Source: Octopus sinensis
Taxonomy: Eukaryota
Length of the DNA stretch: 64,000 nt
NCBI RefSeq assembly: GCF_006345805.1
Contig: NW_021833710.1
Span: 1-64,000 of the forward strand
Direction: 5' to 3'
In this document: positions 62,153-64,000 of the stretch, piece after piece
Layout: each line of letters starts with the position of its first letter
How positions within the stretch are numbered: position 1 is the first letter of the stretch
Notes under the pieces: generated by a model
What the model was told of the DNA's origin: nothing
The model's database searches: none
The model's input: only the letters and a program-made list of their open reading frames with translations
Position numbers and translations under genes: made by a program

Positions 62153-62163
62153 CAGTAGTAGTA
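62031..62163. repeat. (GTA)n microsatellite
   Basis: Direct inspection. Confidence 0.95.
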
Positions 62164-62399
62164 GAAAGTGTGTGAGGAGGCTTTATGTGGCCGTTCAGTT
62201 TGCTAGAAGCAGTTGTCATATTTTCCCCAGATGATCCCTACCGTCTTAAAAGGGACACGGGATTGTCACAGGTAAGACGCCTTTGCTGAAGGGATCCGGA
62301 GCCAAGCAACAACAGTAACAACAGTGGGAGCAACGGCAGCAAACGTTCCCTTCGCTTGTTATTGTTACCGTTGTTGACTTTGAACTGCAACAGCAATAA

Positions 62400-62411
62400 C
62401 TACTACTACTA

Positions 62412-62467
<56 letters not shown>

Positions 62468-62490
62468 GCACCAACACCACCACCACCATA
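62400..62490. repeat. (TAC)n(CAC)n microsatellite
   Basis: Direct inspection. Inverted relative to 62031-62163. Confidence 0.95.
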
Positions 62491-62762
62491 CACTATCTCA
62501 AACATCGTAAAAGATGAAACGGAGAAGAGGAAATTTTAAATTTTAAGAGGTCGATTGAATTATGTTGAACAAATTAAATCTTTTAAGCCCAATCCATTGC
62601 CAAGTAGACCATCAGCCAAAAGCATTCAAGCATTAAACGACTTGACTTTTTTTCATATATATATATATATATGTAAGACTACACTTTTTTAATGTATGTC
62701 TCCATTCTTACGGCAACGGCTGTTGGACATAATTTTAAGAAGATTCGACAGTCATTTTTAGC

Positions 62763-62949
62763 TAGGGGAGCGACTACGCAAACGTTCTCATATTAGCCCG
62801 GTTTAAGCATACCGCTTAGATCGCAATGTTTTTGGTTTGTGTAAGCAATCCGAAAATGCAGACACTGTATTTCAGATTGCCTATACAGACAAAAATTAAA
62901 GATCTAAGCGCTATGCTAAAATGAGAACAATTACGTAGTCGTTCCACTA
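62763..62949. mobile_element. Fold-back (palindromic) MITE with TA ends
   Basis: Arms TAGGGGAGCGACTACGCAAACGTTCTCAT... and revcomp TAGTGGAACGACTACGTAATTGTTCTCAT... pair to a 3-nt loop, with one 11-nt bulge. Confidence 0.75.
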
Positions 62950-63691
62950 AATATTCTCTAGATTTCGTATGATTGGCAACATAAACCACAAGTATGGGAT
63001 ATATGAAATCTAATTAATTGAATATATAGACAGGAATATAATTACTGCGAACAAGATGAGATAGCCAATAAATTTGCACATCAACCTTTGTTCTTGGCAG
63101 TGTCATGAGATTCGCAAACTTGAGTGCAATTCCTGTAAGATGGCATTAACTACAGTAGATCGCAGATGAGATTGTATGTAGATCTAGTCATGATGGAACT
63201 ACGAACATATTAGATCAATATAGACTATGAAAAGATGCTTAAATCCAGAAGGTTAGATTTGTGTCTTAAGAAGTCGTATATCTGCATTATAACGTGACAC
63301 GTGCTTGGTTCTCTGAGTAAATGATGTCCTATGGGAACCGTTTTGCAAAGTACCATCGGTATATACAGGTATTCCTTCTCAAAGTATTATCCACGTTGTG
63401 GATCTGCAGGTTTTAATTATATAAGATGAATGGACATTCTACTCGAAGTGGGAAATGGAAATAGTTTTTCGACATTGGATGATGACGTTAGCGCCATTGT
63501 GATGGTCGCCCATTAAAACAGGAAACGAGATGGAAATAAGAGAGTGAATTGAAAATGTCAAAATTGTTGGCTTGCAATTCGGCATCAAAAGCAGAAAATC
63601 CATTCCATCTGCTAACATTTGTCTCCGTATAGACTGTCCTTTTAAAATATTTCTATGCATGTTACAACTTAAAGCCTAAGTAGAAGAATCA

Positions 63692-64000
63692 GGCGCAGAA
63701 GTGGCTGTGTGGTAAGTAGCTTGCTTACCAACCACATGGTTCCGGGTTCAGTCCCACTGCGTGGCATCTTGGGCAAGTGTCTTCTGCTATAGCCCCGGGC
63801 CGACCAATGCCTTGTGAGTGGATTTGGTAGACGGAAACTGAAAGAAGCCCGTCGTATATATGTATATATGTATATATATGTGTGTGCATGTTTGTGTGTC
63901 TGTGTTTGTCCCTCTAGCATTGCTTGACAACCGATGCTGGTGTGTTTACGTCCCCGTCACTTAGCGGTTCGGCAAAAGTGACCGATATAATAAGTACTAG
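63692..64000 (+). mobile_element. SINE family A, runs off the window end
   Basis: Matches the family A consensus. Confidence 0.9.

Overview
AT-rich, repeat-saturated animal genomic DNA. It is most likely from an octopus or related coleoid cephalopod; this rests on my recall of the SINE families, not on a database search. I found no host protein-coding gene I can support, and no intact tRNA, rRNA or CRISPR array. Nearly all listed ORFs come from microsatellites or SINEs. The window contains: (1) about 18 full or partial copies of a tRNA-headed SINE with an internal microsatellite (family A); (2) a ~230-bp SINE family (B/B'/B'') that recurs as multimers; (3) Arg-like and related tRNA-headed SINEs (C, D) with interchangeable 3' modules; (4) decayed R4/Dong-clade RT-RLE retrotransposons plus an unclassified ~500-bp non-coding element (E), stacked in (AAT)n microsatellites at two loci (8.2-12.9 kb and 43.4-44.4 kb); (5) a tRNA-headed element with a Penelope-type minimal hammerhead-like motif inside 45-bp inverted repeats (3656-3976), and a second hammerhead-like motif at 48.1 kb; (6) non-autonomous Helitron and Helentron-like elements, mariner remnants, hAT-like, Merlin-like and hairpin MITEs; (7) many microsatellites and a 1.8-kb trinucleotide-derived higher-order repeat. 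The two strongest novelty candidates are the tRNA-head plus hammerhead element and the (AAT)n-targeted Dong plus E system. Family labels A-E are my own working names. All coordinates were read by eye and may be off by a few bases.
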